Both the position numbers and the translations under genes were made by a program. From Acidimicrobiia bacterium (GTDB lineage Bacteria > Actinomycetota > Acidimicrobiia > Spongiisociales > ZC4RG35), in the NCBI GenBank assembly GCA_025937235.1, contig JAICRU010000006.1, forward strand, positions 1-60,759: DNA of 60,759 bases, given 5' to 3'. The notes beneath the pieces are model-generated. The model saw only the letters and a list, made by a program, of their open reading frames with translations. It made no database searches and was not told the DNA's origin. Below are positions 47,733 through 57,702 of this stretch, piece after piece (position 1 is the first letter of the stretch; every line of letters begins with the position of its first letter).

Positions 47733-49022
47733 TTGGCGTTCAGATGCGATAGTTGTGGCCATCGATCGGCCAAGTGGATGGGGTTCTGCCCCCAATGCGG
47801 GTCCTCCGAGCCGCTGGTCGAGATGGCGGGGAAACCAGGCGCATCGATTGCCGCGGCCGAAGTGGTGGGGCTCCAATCGGCGGCTGAGCGGTCTGATAAC
47901 CGCTTGGCCACCGGATGGGGCGAGATCGACCGTGTGCTCGGGGGCGGGGTGGTGGCCGGCTCGGTGCTGCTCCTCGGGGGCGAGCCCGGGGTCGGCAAGT
48001 CGACGCTCCTGCTCCAGCTGGCTGGTGCCATGGCCAGTCGCGGATCCCCGGTGGTCATCGCCAGCGCCGAAGAGTCAGCCGATCAGGTGGCGATGCGGGC
48101 CGGCCGCCTCGGGATCGGGCACGAAGCGATCGGCCTGGTGACCGATGACGACGTCGATGCGATCGTCGCGCTAGCCGACCGGGATCGACCCGGCCTGCTC
48201 GTCGTCGACTCGATCCAGACGGTGGGAGTGCCCGAGATCCCCGCCGCACCCGGCGGTGTCGCCCAGGTTCGGGAGAGTGCGGCCAGGCTGGTCCGGCTGG
48301 CCAAGACGACCGGTATCGCCGTGGTTCTCGTCGGACACGTCACCAAGGAGGGCGGTCTGGCCGGCCCAAAGATGCTGGAGCACATGGTGGACGTGGTCAT
48401 GTATCTGGAGGGGGATCCCGATCGGGGGTTCCGCGTTCTCCGCAGCATCAAGAACCGGTTCGGGGCCACCCATGTCTCGGGCATGTTCGACATGAGGAGC
48501 GAGGGCCTCGCCGAGGTCGACGATCCCTCGAAGCTGTTCCTCGACGGCTGGGAGGCGGATGTCCCCGGAACCGTGATCTACCCGGCGGTGGAGGGCCGAC
48601 GCTCGATCCTGGTCGAGATCCAGGCCCTCGTCTCTCCCACCAACCAGGCCCAGCCCCGCAGATCGATCAGGGGCCTCGACCCGACCCGGGTCAACCAGGT
48701 GCTGGCCGTGCTCGATCGCCACAGCTCCTTACGCCTCCACGACATGGAGGTCTATGTGAACGTGGTCGGGGGCTGGCGCATAGACGAGCCGGGTTGCGAC
48801 CTGCCGGTCGCCCTGGCCGTTGCATCGTCCTATGCGGATCGGCCACTGGGACGGATGGCGGCTTGGGGCGAGATCGGGTTGGCCGGCGAGATCCGCTCGA
48901 TACCGATGGAGACACGGCGCATCGAGGAGCTGGATCGGATGGGCCTGGAGCACCGCATCGCTCCGCTCGGTGGCAAGCAGCTCAGGCTTCGTGATGCGCT
49001 GGCTTCTGCGGGCATCGAATGA
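47733..49022 (+). CDS. radA: DNA repair protein RadA/Sms
   Basis: N-terminal C4 zinc finger, GEPGVGKST, KNRFG motif and Lon-like C-terminus. Confidence 0.95.
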   Translation: MAFRCDSCGHRSAKWMGFCPQCGSSEPLVEMAGKPGASIAAAEVVGLQSAAERSDNRLATGWGEIDRVLGGGVVAGSVLLLGGEPGVGKSTLLLQLAGAMASRGSPVVIASAEESADQVAMRAGRLGIGHEAIGLVTDDDVDAIVALADRDRPGLLVVDSIQTVGVPEIPAAPGGVAQVRESAARLVRLAKTTGIAVVLVGHVTKEGGLAGPKMLEHMVDVVMYLEGDPDRGFRVLRSIKNRFGATHVSGMFDMRSEGLAEVDDPSKLFLDGWEADVPGTVIYPAVEGRRSILVEIQALVSPTNQAQPRRSIRGLDPTRVNQVLAVLDRHSSLRLHDMEVYVNVVGGWRIDEPGCDLPVALAVASSYADRPLGRMAAWGEIGLAGEIRSIPMETRRIEELDRMGLEHRIAPLGGKQLRLRDALASAGIE

Positions 49023-49037
49023 CCGACGAATCGCAAA

Positions 49038-50153
49038 ATGACTCCAACTCCCCCTGATGGACAGGGCGAGGATCAACTACGCTTGACGGTCGTGGGTGGA
49101 CCGTCGATAACCGAGACGCTCGAACGTCTGGCACCTGGCACCCCGATGCGAAGGGCCCTCGAGCGAATCATCCAGCAGGGCAAGGGAAGCCTCGTCGTCA
49201 TGGGTGACGGGGCGGAGGTCAGCGAGGCTTCCTCGGGTGGGTTCTCCTTGAGATCTGCGGTGTTCAGCCCCGCTCGTCTCGCCGAGCTCTCCAAGATGGA
49301 CGGGGGAATCGTCCTCGACGACTCCTGGTCCAACATCCTCGAGGCGGGTGTCCATTTCATCCCGGACGGCGCCATCCCCACCGACGAGACCGGCGCCCGT
49401 CATCGCACCGCCGAGCGGATGGCGGCCCAGACCGGGAAACCCGTAGTGGCCGTCAGCGAGGGGCGCAAAGTGGCGACCTTGTTCTATGGCGGTCAGAAGA
49501 TCGAGCTCGCCTCCCCGACCGAAGTGGCGGCCCATGTGAATCAGGAGTTGCAGAGCCTCGATCGTCTCCGCAGCCGGCTCGACGATGCCGAGCTCAAGCT
49601 GACCCGGCTCGAGGCGGCGGGTCTGGCCACCTATCGGTCCGCCATCACCGTCCTCCAGCGAGCGGAGCTGTTGGAGCGACTGGGGCGAGTGGTGGAGGCC
49701 CGCGCCCTCACGTTGGGCGAAGAGGGCCGAATCGTCTATCTGCAGCTCAACGATCTGCTCGCCGGGGTCGACTTCACCAAGAGAGCTGTGCTCAGGGATT
49801 ACATCAAGCCGCCTCGCAACAGCACGATCCGTCAGGCAATGGAGGACCTGAGCGGCATGACCGCCAACGACCTGGAGGACCCGAGCAGGGTCGGCAAGGA
49901 GATGGGGTTTCCCGATATCGACGATCCCGCCGATCCCAGGGGCTATCGCCTGCTCTCCCAGGTGGGTCGTCTCCCCGACCCGGTGCGTGACGACATCATC
50001 CGCCATTTCGGCACGGCATCTTCCCTTCTCGATGCCAGGGTCGACGAGTTGCTGTCGGTGGAGGGTGTAGGGGAGACCCGTGCCGGGCAATTGCGCGCCT
50101 TCTTCGATCGGTTGCAGGACACGGCGGATGAGTGGGAGCCCGTCCTCGATTGA
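49038..50153 (+). CDS. disA: DNA integrity scanning diadenylate cyclase DisA
   Basis: LAPGTPMR, ELSKMDGG, TGARHRTAER and C-terminal HhH (VEGVGE); follows radA. Confidence 0.92.
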   Translation: MTPTPPDGQGEDQLRLTVVGGPSITETLERLAPGTPMRRALERIIQQGKGSLVVMGDGAEVSEASSGGFSLRSAVFSPARLAELSKMDGGIVLDDSWSNILEAGVHFIPDGAIPTDETGARHRTAERMAAQTGKPVVAVSEGRKVATLFYGGQKIELASPTEVAAHVNQELQSLDRLRSRLDDAELKLTRLEAAGLATYRSAITVLQRAELLERLGRVVEARALTLGEEGRIVYLQLNDLLAGVDFTKRAVLRDYIKPPRNSTIRQAMEDLSGMTANDLEDPSRVGKEMGFPDIDDPADPRGYRLLSQVGRLPDPVRDDIIRHFGTASSLLDARVDELLSVEGVGETRAGQLRAFFDRLQDTADEWEPVLD

Positions 50154-50184
50154 GGTTTGGCACCGGTACAATCCGCCCCCGCAC

Positions 50185-50697
50185 ATGGCTGCAGCATCGA
50201 CCAAATACGCGGTAGGAGACAAGGTGGTGCACCCGCAGCACGGGGCGGCCACCATCCAGAAGAAGGTCAGACAGGAGTTCGGGGGCAAGAAGCAGGACTA
50301 TTTCGTGCTGGATATCGCCACGGAGCAGCTCACCGTCATGGTCCCGCTCGACAAGGTCGAGGATCTCATCCGTCCCGTCATCTCGAAGACCAAGTCCCGC
50401 GACGTCCTCAAGTCGCTCAAGGGAGAGCCCGAGGAGGCCGGGGCCAACTGGAGCCGTTGGTACAAGGTACTCAACGAGAAAATGACCTCCGGTGACATCT
50501 TCCAGGTCGCCGAAGTGGTCCGTGACCTGTCCTTCGCCCAGCAGACAAAGGGGATCAGCCCGGCCCTGAAGCGGATGCTGTCCAAGGCTCGTCTCACCCT
50601 GAGCTCCGAGCTGGCCTTCAGCCTCGAGATCGACGAGGAAGAGGCGGTAAAGCGTCTCGACCGGGCACTGCCCAAAGTCGACGCAGACGAGGAATGA
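50185..50697 (+). CDS. carD: CarD family transcriptional regulator
   Basis: VGDKVVHPQHGA, NWSRWYK and AEVVRDL; conserved actinobacterial context. Confidence 0.92.
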   Translation: MAAASTKYAVGDKVVHPQHGAATIQKKVRQEFGGKKQDYFVLDIATEQLTVMVPLDKVEDLIRPVISKTKSRDVLKSLKGEPEEAGANWSRWYKVLNEKMTSGDIFQVAEVVRDLSFAQQTKGISPALKRMLSKARLTLSSELAFSLEIDEEEAVKRLDRALPKVDADEE

Positions 50698-51191
50698 CCG
50701 TGCCGGCCGGGGCCACCCGGGTCGGCTGGGGCTTCGATGCACATCCCCTCGATGGTGAGCCACCGCTGATCCTGGGCGGTGTGCAGGTATCGGACCGGAT
50801 CGGGGTGAGCGCCACGTCGGACGGAGACGTCCTTGCTCATGCTGTGACCGATGCGGTTCTGGGGGCGTGCGCTCTCTCGGATATCGGGGAGCACTTCCCC
50901 TCCGGCGACCCGGCGATGGCCGGCGCGAGATCGCTCGACATGCTTTCCCAGACAGCAGCCATGGCGTCGGCTTCGGGGTGGCAGGTGACCCATGTGGATG
51001 CCACCGTCATTGCCGAGCAGTTGCAGGTCGCTCCCCATCGAGAGCAAATGAGGTCCAACCTGGCCCGGGCTCTCGGTGTCGTCGACGATCTGGTGTCGGT
51101 GAAGGCAACGACCACGGACGGGCTGGGATTCATCGGACGCGGCGAAGGGCTGGCCGCGGTCGCCGTGGTCACCGTGAGCGCCCTGTCGTAG
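50694..51191 (+). CDS. ispF: 2-C-methyl-D-erythritol 2,4-cyclodiphosphate synthase
   Basis: RVGWGFDAH, SDGDVLAHA, DIGEHFP and VKATTTDGLGFIGRGEG. Confidence 0.93.
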   Translation: MTVPAGATRVGWGFDAHPLDGEPPLILGGVQVSDRIGVSATSDGDVLAHAVTDAVLGACALSDIGEHFPSGDPAMAGARSLDMLSQTAAMASASGWQVTHVDATVIAEQLQVAPHREQMRSNLARALGVVDDLVSVKATTTDGLGFIGRGEGLAAVAVVTVSALS

Positions 51192-51201
51192 GATCTCGCC
51201 G

Positions 51202-52593
51202 ATGGTCCGCCTCAACAGCACGCTCCATCGCGCCGTCCTCCCCTTCGAGCCCCGCGATGAGGGCAAGGTGTCGATATACGTGTGCGGGCCCACCGTTCAG
51301 AGCGAGCCGCATGTGGGCCACGGTCGCTCGGCAGTCGCGTTCGATGTGATTCGCCGGTATCTGATCTGGCGGGGATACGACGTCACTTATGTGCGGAATG
51401 TGACCGACATCGAGGACAAGATCATTGCCGCGGCTGAGGAGAGCGGCGAGAGCGTCGAGGTCTTAGCCGTGCGGATGGCGGAGAGATTCGCTGCCGGATA
51501 CCAAGCCCTGGGGGTGCTCGAGCCGGACATAGAACCGAAGGCAACCGAGCACATCGCGGAGATCATCGGCCTGATCGAGAGGCTGGTCGATCGTGGTCTC
51601 GCCTACGCCGCCGGCGGGGACGTCTATTTCTCGGTGCGTGCCGACGAGCGTTACGGGCGGCTTTCGGGTCGCAAACCGGACGAGCTACGCGCCGGCTATC
51701 GGATCGAGGTAGGCGAGGCCAAGCAAGACCCGCTCGATTTCGCCCTCTGGAAGGGGGCCAAACCCGGAGAGCCATGGTGGGACTCCCCCTGGGGCCCCGG
51801 GCGCCCCGGCTGGCACATCGAATGCTCGGCCATGGCCACCAAGTACCTCGGCGATGGCTTCGACATACATGGTGGCGGCACGGATCTGATCTTCCCCCAT
51901 CACGAGAACGAGATCGCACAGAGCGAGGGAGCCAGTGGCGACACATTTGCCCGCTATTGGCTGCACAACGGGATGGTGAATCTGGGTGGGGAGAAGATGG
52001 CCAAATCCACCGGCGTCCTGGTGGATCTCGCCTCGATCGCCGAGAAGCATGGGGGGCGGGCCCTTCGTCTCCTCTTCCTCCGCGCCCACTATCGATCGCC
52101 GATCGAGTACTCCGACGAGCTGCTTTCGGAGGCCGAGGAGGCTCTCGACCGTCTCCAGCGCTTCCGTGACAGGGCCTGGCCCGGAGATCCCGATTCTGCG
52201 ACGTTGGACAGGTTTCGCCAGGTGATGGACGAGGACTTCGCTACCCCGGAGGCGGTCTCGCTGCTTTTCGATCTGGTCCGGGACGGCAATCGCGCCCTCG
52301 ATGAGGGCCGGGACGCCTCGGCCATAGCGGGCGCGGTGGAGGAGATCGTTGGGGTGTTCGGGCTCGACGACGCCAGCTCCTCGGCGGAGACGGCGCTGGA
52401 CCTGGGTGATCTGCCGGCACGATTCGGCATCGAAGGGACGGGTCCCGACGCGGTCGATCGGCTGGTCGAGGCCAGGGCGTTGGCCCGCAAGGAGCGCAGG
52501 TTCGATGTCGCCGACGCCATCCGCCTCGGGTTGGAGGAGGTGGGCGTCATCCTCGAGGACGGGCCCGATGGCACCCACTGGCTACGGAGGTAG
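51202..52593 (+). CDS. cysS: Cysteine--tRNA ligase
   Basis: [34 protein letters not shown] and KMAKS. Confidence 0.97.
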   Translation: MVRLNSTLHRAVLPFEPRDEGKVSIYVCGPTVQSEPHVGHGRSAVAFDVIRRYLIWRGYDVTYVRNVTDIEDKIIAAAEESGESVEVLAVRMAERFAAGYQALGVLEPDIEPKATEHIAEIIGLIERLVDRGLAYAAGGDVYFSVRADERYGRLSGRKPDELRAGYRIEVGEAKQDPLDFALWKGAKPGEPWWDSPWGPGRPGWHIECSAMATKYLGDGFDIHGGGTDLIFPHHENEIAQSEGASGDTFARYWLHNGMVNLGGEKMAKSTGVLVDLASIAEKHGGRALRLLFLRAHYRSPIEYSDELLSEAEEALDRLQRFRDRAWPGDPDSATLDRFRQVMDEDFATPEAVSLLFDLVRDGNRALDEGRDASAIAGAVEEIVGVFGLDDASSSAETALDLGDLPARFGIEGTGPDAVDRLVEARALARKERRFDVADAIRLGLEEVGVILEDGPDGTHWLRR

Positions 52594-53305
52594 GGTCGAG
52601 GGTCTTCACGCGGTGGCGGCCGCTGCGGCGGCCGGTCGGGTGCGACGCCTGTGGGTAGAGGAGGGGCGACGAAACCGGCCGGAGACGGCCGCCATCGTCG
52701 ACCGGGTCGGATCGGACCGGGTACTTGTGGTGCCCGATCTTCGGTCACTGGCCGAGACCGAAGCGCCCCAGGGCGTGGTCGCCGACTGCGAGCCGATCCT
52801 GCCGGCCAGACTCGACGATTTGGCCGGCCCCGGGGCAGGGCTCGTCGTCCTCGACCATGTCGAAGACCCCCACAATGTCGGGGCCGTGGCCCGCAGCGCC
52901 CTGGCCTCGGGGATGACCGGGATGGTGATCTCATCGAGACGGGCAGCCCCGTTGTCGGCCGCCGCCTTCAAGTCAGCCACCGGGGCGTTGGAGACCCTGC
53001 CGGTTGCGGTGGTTGCATCCATCCCCGAGGCTCTGAGTCGGCTCAAGAGCCGCGACTTGTGGATCGTCGGACTTCGGGCGGGGGCGACGACCTCTTTGTT
53101 CGGCCTGGCCTTGCTGACCGAGCCTGTGGCGGTCGTGGTGGGGGCGGAAGGCTCGGGTCTGAGTGCCCTGGTCGAGAAGCGATGCGACGTGCTTGCCTCC
53201 ATCCCTATGGCGTCTGAGACCGAGAGCCTCAATGCCTCTGTTGCGGCTGCGCTGGCCTGTTTCGAGGTCATGCGGGTGCGGAGCGAGGCTTCGGGCCCTC
53301 CCTAG
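52568..53305 (+). CDS. rlmB: 23S rRNA Gm2251 methyltransferase (SpoU/TrmH family)
   Basis: DPHNVGAVARSA, VGAEGSG and IPM...SLNASVA; follows cysS. Confidence 0.88.
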   Translation: MAPTGYGGRVEGLHAVAAAAAAGRVRRLWVEEGRRNRPETAAIVDRVGSDRVLVVPDLRSLAETEAPQGVVADCEPILPARLDDLAGPGAGLVVLDHVEDPHNVGAVARSALASGMTGMVISSRRAAPLSAAAFKSATGALETLPVAVVASIPEALSRLKSRDLWIVGLRAGATTSLFGLALLTEPVAVVVGAEGSGLSALVEKRCDVLASIPMASETESLNASVAAALACFEVMRVRSEASGPP

Positions 53306-53318
53306 AATTCGACGTGCC

Positions 53319-53394
53319 GCCGGGTTAGCTCAGTCGGTAGAGCAGCTGTCTTGTAAACAGCAGGTCATCGGTTCGATTCCGGTACCCGGCTCCA
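53319..53394 (+). tRNA. tRNA-Thr(TGT)
   Basis: 76-nt cloverleaf GCCGGGT...ACCCGGC-T-CCA; anticodon arm GCTGT-CT-TGT-AA-ACAGC; T-loop GGTTCGATTCC. Confidence 0.97.
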
Positions 53395-53532
53395 GCTCGA
53401 CCGGGGGAGAAGGCCAAGACACGTCTTCGACGCCGTTGGTTTCGACCTGAGGCGCCGTCGGGGTCACAACCGATGAGATCCGTGCGCTGGGCCGGTCTAA
53501 TCGAGCGGACCCGATGAGGAGGGACCACGATC

Positions 53533-54159
53533 ATGAGACTGACCACCACCACCATGATCACCGTCGACGGCGTGATGCAGGGACTCGGCGCCCCCGACGA
53601 GGACCGCCGGGGCGGATTCGAGCGCGGCGGATGGCAGGCGCCGCTATGGGATGGCGAGGCCGGGGCGTTTCTGGACCAGGTTTACGAGCGCGCCGACGCG
53701 TTTCTTTTCGGTCGGCGGACCTACGAGATCTTTGCCGGCTCCTGGGGGACATGGGCAGATCCCGGCGACAGCCCCATCTGGACGGCGCTCAACTCACGAC
53801 CCAAGTACGTCGCGTCGACCACACTCACCGAAGCGCGGTGGGCCGACACGACCGTCCTCTCCGGTGATCTTGCCGCCGCAGTCGGCGAGCTGAAAGCCAG
53901 CCGGGGAGGCGAGCTGCAGGTGCACGGCAGCGGCGTCCTGATCCGCTGGCTACTCGGCAACCAGCTCGTCGACCAGATCACGCTGCTCGTCTGTCCCGTG
54001 GTCGTCGGTCAGGGCACGCGGCTCTTCCCCGATACCGGACCCGACTTGGCGCTCGAGCTGGTGGAATCGCGGTCCACCCGGAGGGGGGTGACGATCCAGA
54101 TCTACCGACCCACCGGCCGTCCACGGTACGAAACGGCCAAATTGCCATCTGAGCATTGA
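53533..54159 (+). CDS. Dihydrofolate reductase / RibD C-terminal family protein
   Basis: TVDGVMQ, GRRTYE, KYVAS, VHGSG and GQGTRLF. Confidence 0.88.
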   Translation: MRLTTTTMITVDGVMQGLGAPDEDRRGGFERGGWQAPLWDGEAGAFLDQVYERADAFLFGRRTYEIFAGSWGTWADPGDSPIWTALNSRPKYVASTTLTEARWADTTVLSGDLAAAVGELKASRGGELQVHGSGVLIRWLLGNQLVDQITLLVCPVVVGQGTRLFPDTGPDLALELVESRSTRRGVTIQIYRPTGRPRYETAKLPSEH

Positions 54160-54304
54160 CCGAAGGTGTGGCACCAGCCTGGTCGTCGCGACATGAGCTG
54201 AGTGCCGGGTCCAACCGATGACCGGCTTTCCACCACGGCTGCTCCCAGTCCCTCATCGAGCAGGCTCGTAATGGTTGGGTAACGCCCTCGGGTAATAATT
54301 CCGC

Positions 54305-55495
54305 ATGATGTCCCATGGCACGCCGGCGGCGTGGAGCGTCTGGCATTACTCGTGGGCGACGATCGTCGTAGCTGCCCTGGTACTCAATGTTCTCTGGCCG
54401 ATCTCCACCGGCTACGCGGTGTGGGCACTCAGCATGATCGCCTACCCACTGGCGGCCGCGGTGATCCTGGTCAACCGACCCGGGAACCGAGTGGGACGAG
54501 TGCTGGCAGTGGTGGCGGTGGCTGCCGGTGTGATCTTTGTCGGTAGTTGGGTCTTCACCACGTGGACGACCCGGACCTGGAGCGTCTACCTGGAAGCGAT
54601 CACGGGCATGGCCGTTCCCGTCCTGTTCTGGGCAGTGCTCACATTGCTCTACATATTCCCGACGGGCACGATCACGGGTCGGTTCTTTCGGTCGGCGTTC
54701 ATCGGGTTCAGCCTGGTAGTAGCCGCACTTGACGTTCTCGCTGTCTTCAATCCTGAGCCCCTGCCCGTAACCGGCCGTGACAACCCGCTGGCCGGCCCCG
54801 CCTGGATTTCGCTGCTGTATGACACCGGAATCGTCGTCTTGCTGCCCGGCCTGCTGATCGGCTGCTGGGCGGCGGTCTCGAGATATCGGGCTTCCGGCTT
54901 TGAGGTCAGGTTGCAGCTGAGGTGGTTCATGTTCGGGTTGGTCGCCGTGACCTGCCTGATAGCCGTCATCACCTTCATCCCCCAAACGGTGTCGTCCCCC
55001 TGGGAAGAGATCAGCAACGTGGCTGTGGTGGTCGGCTTCTGGTCCTTCCCAGTGGCCATCGTGATTGCGATTACCCGGTACCACTTGTACGACATCGACA
55101 GGCTCGTCTCCCGAACGATCACCTACGCCCTGGTCGTCGCACTCCTCATGGCGACCTATCTCGGCTTGGTGACGCTGATCACCTGGCTGCTGCCCGCCCA
55201 GGACAGTGTGGCGGTTGCCGCCTCGACCCTCTCCGTGGCGGCGCTCTTCAACCCGTTGAGGAAGCGTCTCCAGTCTGTGGTCAACAGGCGATTCAACAGG
55301 TTCGCCTATCACGCGGAAATGGTGTCCGAAGAGCTCGCCCGCAAACTGAGGGAGCCACGTCCCAGCGACCAGCTTGCCGACCTCTGGCGCACCACGGTCG
55401 AGGACGTGCTACAGCCCAGTCGAGTTGGGGTATGGCTCACGGATGGCCTCGCAGGCGACCGGAAGCCTCGCCCGGGGGAAGGGCCCGGCTCGTGA
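54305..55495 (+). CDS. Polytopic membrane protein resembling the sensor module of actinobacterial kinases, without a catalytic domain
   Basis: RPGNRVG, FPTG, RLQLRW, IAITRYHLYDID and LFNPLR...VNRRFNR; no HisKA or cyclase motif follows. Confidence 0.7.
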   Translation: MMSHGTPAAWSVWHYSWATIVVAALVLNVLWPISTGYAVWALSMIAYPLAAAVILVNRPGNRVGRVLAVVAVAAGVIFVGSWVFTTWTTRTWSVYLEAITGMAVPVLFWAVLTLLYIFPTGTITGRFFRSAFIGFSLVVAALDVLAVFNPEPLPVTGRDNPLAGPAWISLLYDTGIVVLLPGLLIGCWAAVSRYRASGFEVRLQLRWFMFGLVAVTCLIAVITFIPQTVSSPWEEISNVAVVVGFWSFPVAIVIAITRYHLYDIDRLVSRTITYALVVALLMATYLGLVTLITWLLPAQDSVAVAASTLSVAALFNPLRKRLQSVVNRRFNRFAYHAEMVSEELARKLREPRPSDQLADLWRTTVEDVLQPSRVGVWLTDGLAGDRKPRPGEGPGS

Positions 55496-55684
55496 CGCCT
55501 CCGCGCTCTGGGAGCAGATAAGGCCTGCGACGGACCCGGAGGTGAACCACGCCTGCCCTGACCTCCAGAGCGACCTGATCGTGTGACATCGAACTGCGCC
55601 CAGCGCCACTCGGTTCACCTCGGATCGAATCCTGCGCCCTGGCGATGGTCAGGTTGGCAAAACCCGGCCTCCTAGCATGCGTCT

Positions 55685-56851
55685 GTGAGTCGGGAGCCCA
55701 CCGACCTCGAGCGTTTACTCGGGCCTGACCGTAGGACCTGGCCCAGGCCACGCGGGATGGCCCTGGCTGTCTCCACGATCGCATTCGCCGTCTTGGCCGG
55801 GATGATCTTCTTGCGGCCCGGGGAGGGCCCGCACATCGATCGCTTCTTGTTCGGCTTCGCCGACGAGGTCTTGTCGGCCGAAGTCGAGTCGGTCGAAAGC
55901 GCCCCCTGCAGCTACGCAGCCGAGCTGAACTGCAGCCTGGTCGTCTTCACCGACGGGGCCGACAGGATCACCCAGGAATTCCCCGACGAAGTGGGCCAAC
56001 CCCACTTCGAGACAGGCGACCCGGTCCTGTTGTCCGTGACCCAGGCGGAGGACGGCAGCATCGCCGTCAACTACTACGACCGGGACCGTGGCTGGCTCTT
56101 GGCGGTCGTGGCGCTGGCATTTGCCGGGGCCGTGGTGCTCCTGGGACGGATGCGGGGGCTAGCCGCCCTGCTCGGCCTTGCGATAAGTGTGGGGGTCCTG
56201 GTCTGGTTCATCGTGCCCGCGATCATCGCCGGTCGTGATGCGATGCTGGTTGCCCTGGTCGGGGGTGGCGCCATCGTCTTGATCTCTCTATATCTCGCCC
56301 ATGGGTTCACCCCGCTCACCCATATCGCCGCCCTGGGTGCATTTGCCGCGCTCGCGCTTTCCACCGCCCTCTCCTGGGGCGTGGTCGCGGCTGCTCGATT
56401 CACCGGGCTGGGTAGCGAGGAGGCCTTCTATCTCCTCAGTCTGCCCGATATCGACCTGACGGGTTTGCTGCTGGCCGGCATCGTCCTTGGTTCGATAGGC
56501 GCCCTCGACGACGTCACCGTCACCCAGGCATCGGCGGTGTGGGAGGTAGCTCAGGCAAACCCGACGCTCGAAAGGAGGGCGTACTTCGCCTCCGGGCTGC
56601 GTATCGGGCGGGATCACATCGCCTCCACCGTCAACACCCTCCTCCTGGCCTACGCCGGGGCGGCCCTGCCCTTGCTGATCCTGTACAGCCTCTCTCGTCT
56701 CTCGCTTGGAGCGGTCGCCGGCTCCGAAGTCGTTGCGGTCGAGATCGTGCGAACGCTGGTCGGATCGATCGGGCTGGTGGCGGCGGTGCCCATGACCACC
56801 TGGCTGGCGGCCCGTCAGGTTTCGAAGGGCGCGGCGTCGGCAATGGCATAG
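55685..56851 (+). CDS. YibE/F family membrane protein
   Basis: IGALDDVTVTQ, GRDHIASTVNTLLLAYAG and GSIGLVAAVP. Confidence 0.88.
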   Translation: MSREPTDLERLLGPDRRTWPRPRGMALAVSTIAFAVLAGMIFLRPGEGPHIDRFLFGFADEVLSAEVESVESAPCSYAAELNCSLVVFTDGADRITQEFPDEVGQPHFETGDPVLLSVTQAEDGSIAVNYYDRDRGWLLAVVALAFAGAVVLLGRMRGLAALLGLAISVGVLVWFIVPAIIAGRDAMLVALVGGGAIVLISLYLAHGFTPLTHIAALGAFAALALSTALSWGVVAAARFTGLGSEEAFYLLSLPDIDLTGLLLAGIVLGSIGALDDVTVTQASAVWEVAQANPTLERRAYFASGLRIGRDHIASTVNTLLLAYAGAALPLLILYSLSRLSLGAVAGSEVVAVEIVRTLVGSIGLVAAVPMTTWLAARQVSKGAASAMA

Positions 56852-56911
56852 AGACCCCGCAGGGCGATCAAATCCTCGGGTAACCAAGAATCCAGAAATA
56901 CGCTCATCGCC

Positions 56912-57139
56912 ATGTTGAGCGCGGAGGATCGTTCCATCCTCGAATTCGAGGGCCGCTGGTGGCAAGAGAATGGTCCCAAAGACCAGGCCATCGAGCATCG
57001 CCTCGGCCTGACTGCGGCCACGTACTACGAGCGGCTGATCGGGATCATCTCTTCTCCCGAGGCGAGACGTCTCGACCCGCTCACCGTGGCGCGGGTCCGT
57101 GCCATGATCGAGCCGCTTGGCGGGGAGGCGGTCTCGTGA
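56912..57139 (+). CDS. DUF3263 family protein
   Basis: ILEFEGRWW..GPKDQAI...YYERL...DPLTVAR. Confidence 0.85.
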   Translation: MLSAEDRSILEFEGRWWQENGPKDQAIEHRLGLTAATYYERLIGIISSPEARRLDPLTVARVRAMIEPLGGEAVS

Positions 57140-57702
57140 ACAAAGGCCGTCATGCCGCCGAGACCTCCAGCTCCTTCTATCGAGATCTCACGATGATGGT
57201 CTTGGGGATCGCCCTGGTTGGGGCGGCGGTGTTCCTACTCCTCTATCTCCTGGCCGGGGATCCCGAGGCCGAGGCCGGAGCCACCACAGATTCAGGGTCC
57301 ACGACCAGCACCGAGCGCGCGTCGAGCGAGCCCATCGCCACCACGAGCACCAGTTCGCCACCGACGACCACCCCTGCCAGCACTGCTGCCCCTGCCACGA
57401 CCGCAGTGCCGGTGCGGCCCCCCCAGGAGGTCCGTGTCGTCGTGCTCAATTCGATCGGGCTGGCCGGGGCCGCCGGGCGCAAGACACAAGAACTGGCCGA
57501 CGCCGGTTACCAGACTCAACAGGCGGAAGACATCGAACCGCAACAAGACCAGTCCCGGGTGTGGTACCGCGAAGGGTTCGCAGCCGAGGCCAACGCCCTC
57601 CTCCAATTCCTCCCCGGAGCTCTCGTCGAGCCGATCCCCGACCCCGAGTTGCAGACAGGGACCGACGTGGTCCTGGTCCTGGGCGCCGGATACATCGAAT
57701 GA
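57136..57702 (+). CDS. LytR C-terminal domain membrane protein
   Basis: TM helix, T/S/P linker, VVVLNSIGLAGAA and DVVLVLG; the usual partner of DUF3263. Confidence 0.82.
   Translation: MNKGRHAAETSSSFYRDLTMMVLGIALVGAAVFLLLYLLAGDPEAEAGATTDSGSTTSTERASSEPIATTSTSSPPTTTPASTAAPATTAVPVRPPQEVRVVVLNSIGLAGAAGRKTQELADAGYQTQQAEDIEPQQDQSRVWYREGFAAEANALLQFLPGALVEPIPDPELQTGTDVVLVLGAGYIE

Noticed and set aside
49038-50153. DisA DGG in place of the usual DGA motif as a sign of inactivity
   Set aside because: The catalytic Asp and the RHR motif are intact; one conservative change is not enough evidence.
53395-55684. Genomic island integrated at tRNA-Thr
   Set aside because: No integrase, and I saw no duplicated tRNA 3' end; the genes may be accessory but an island is unsupported.
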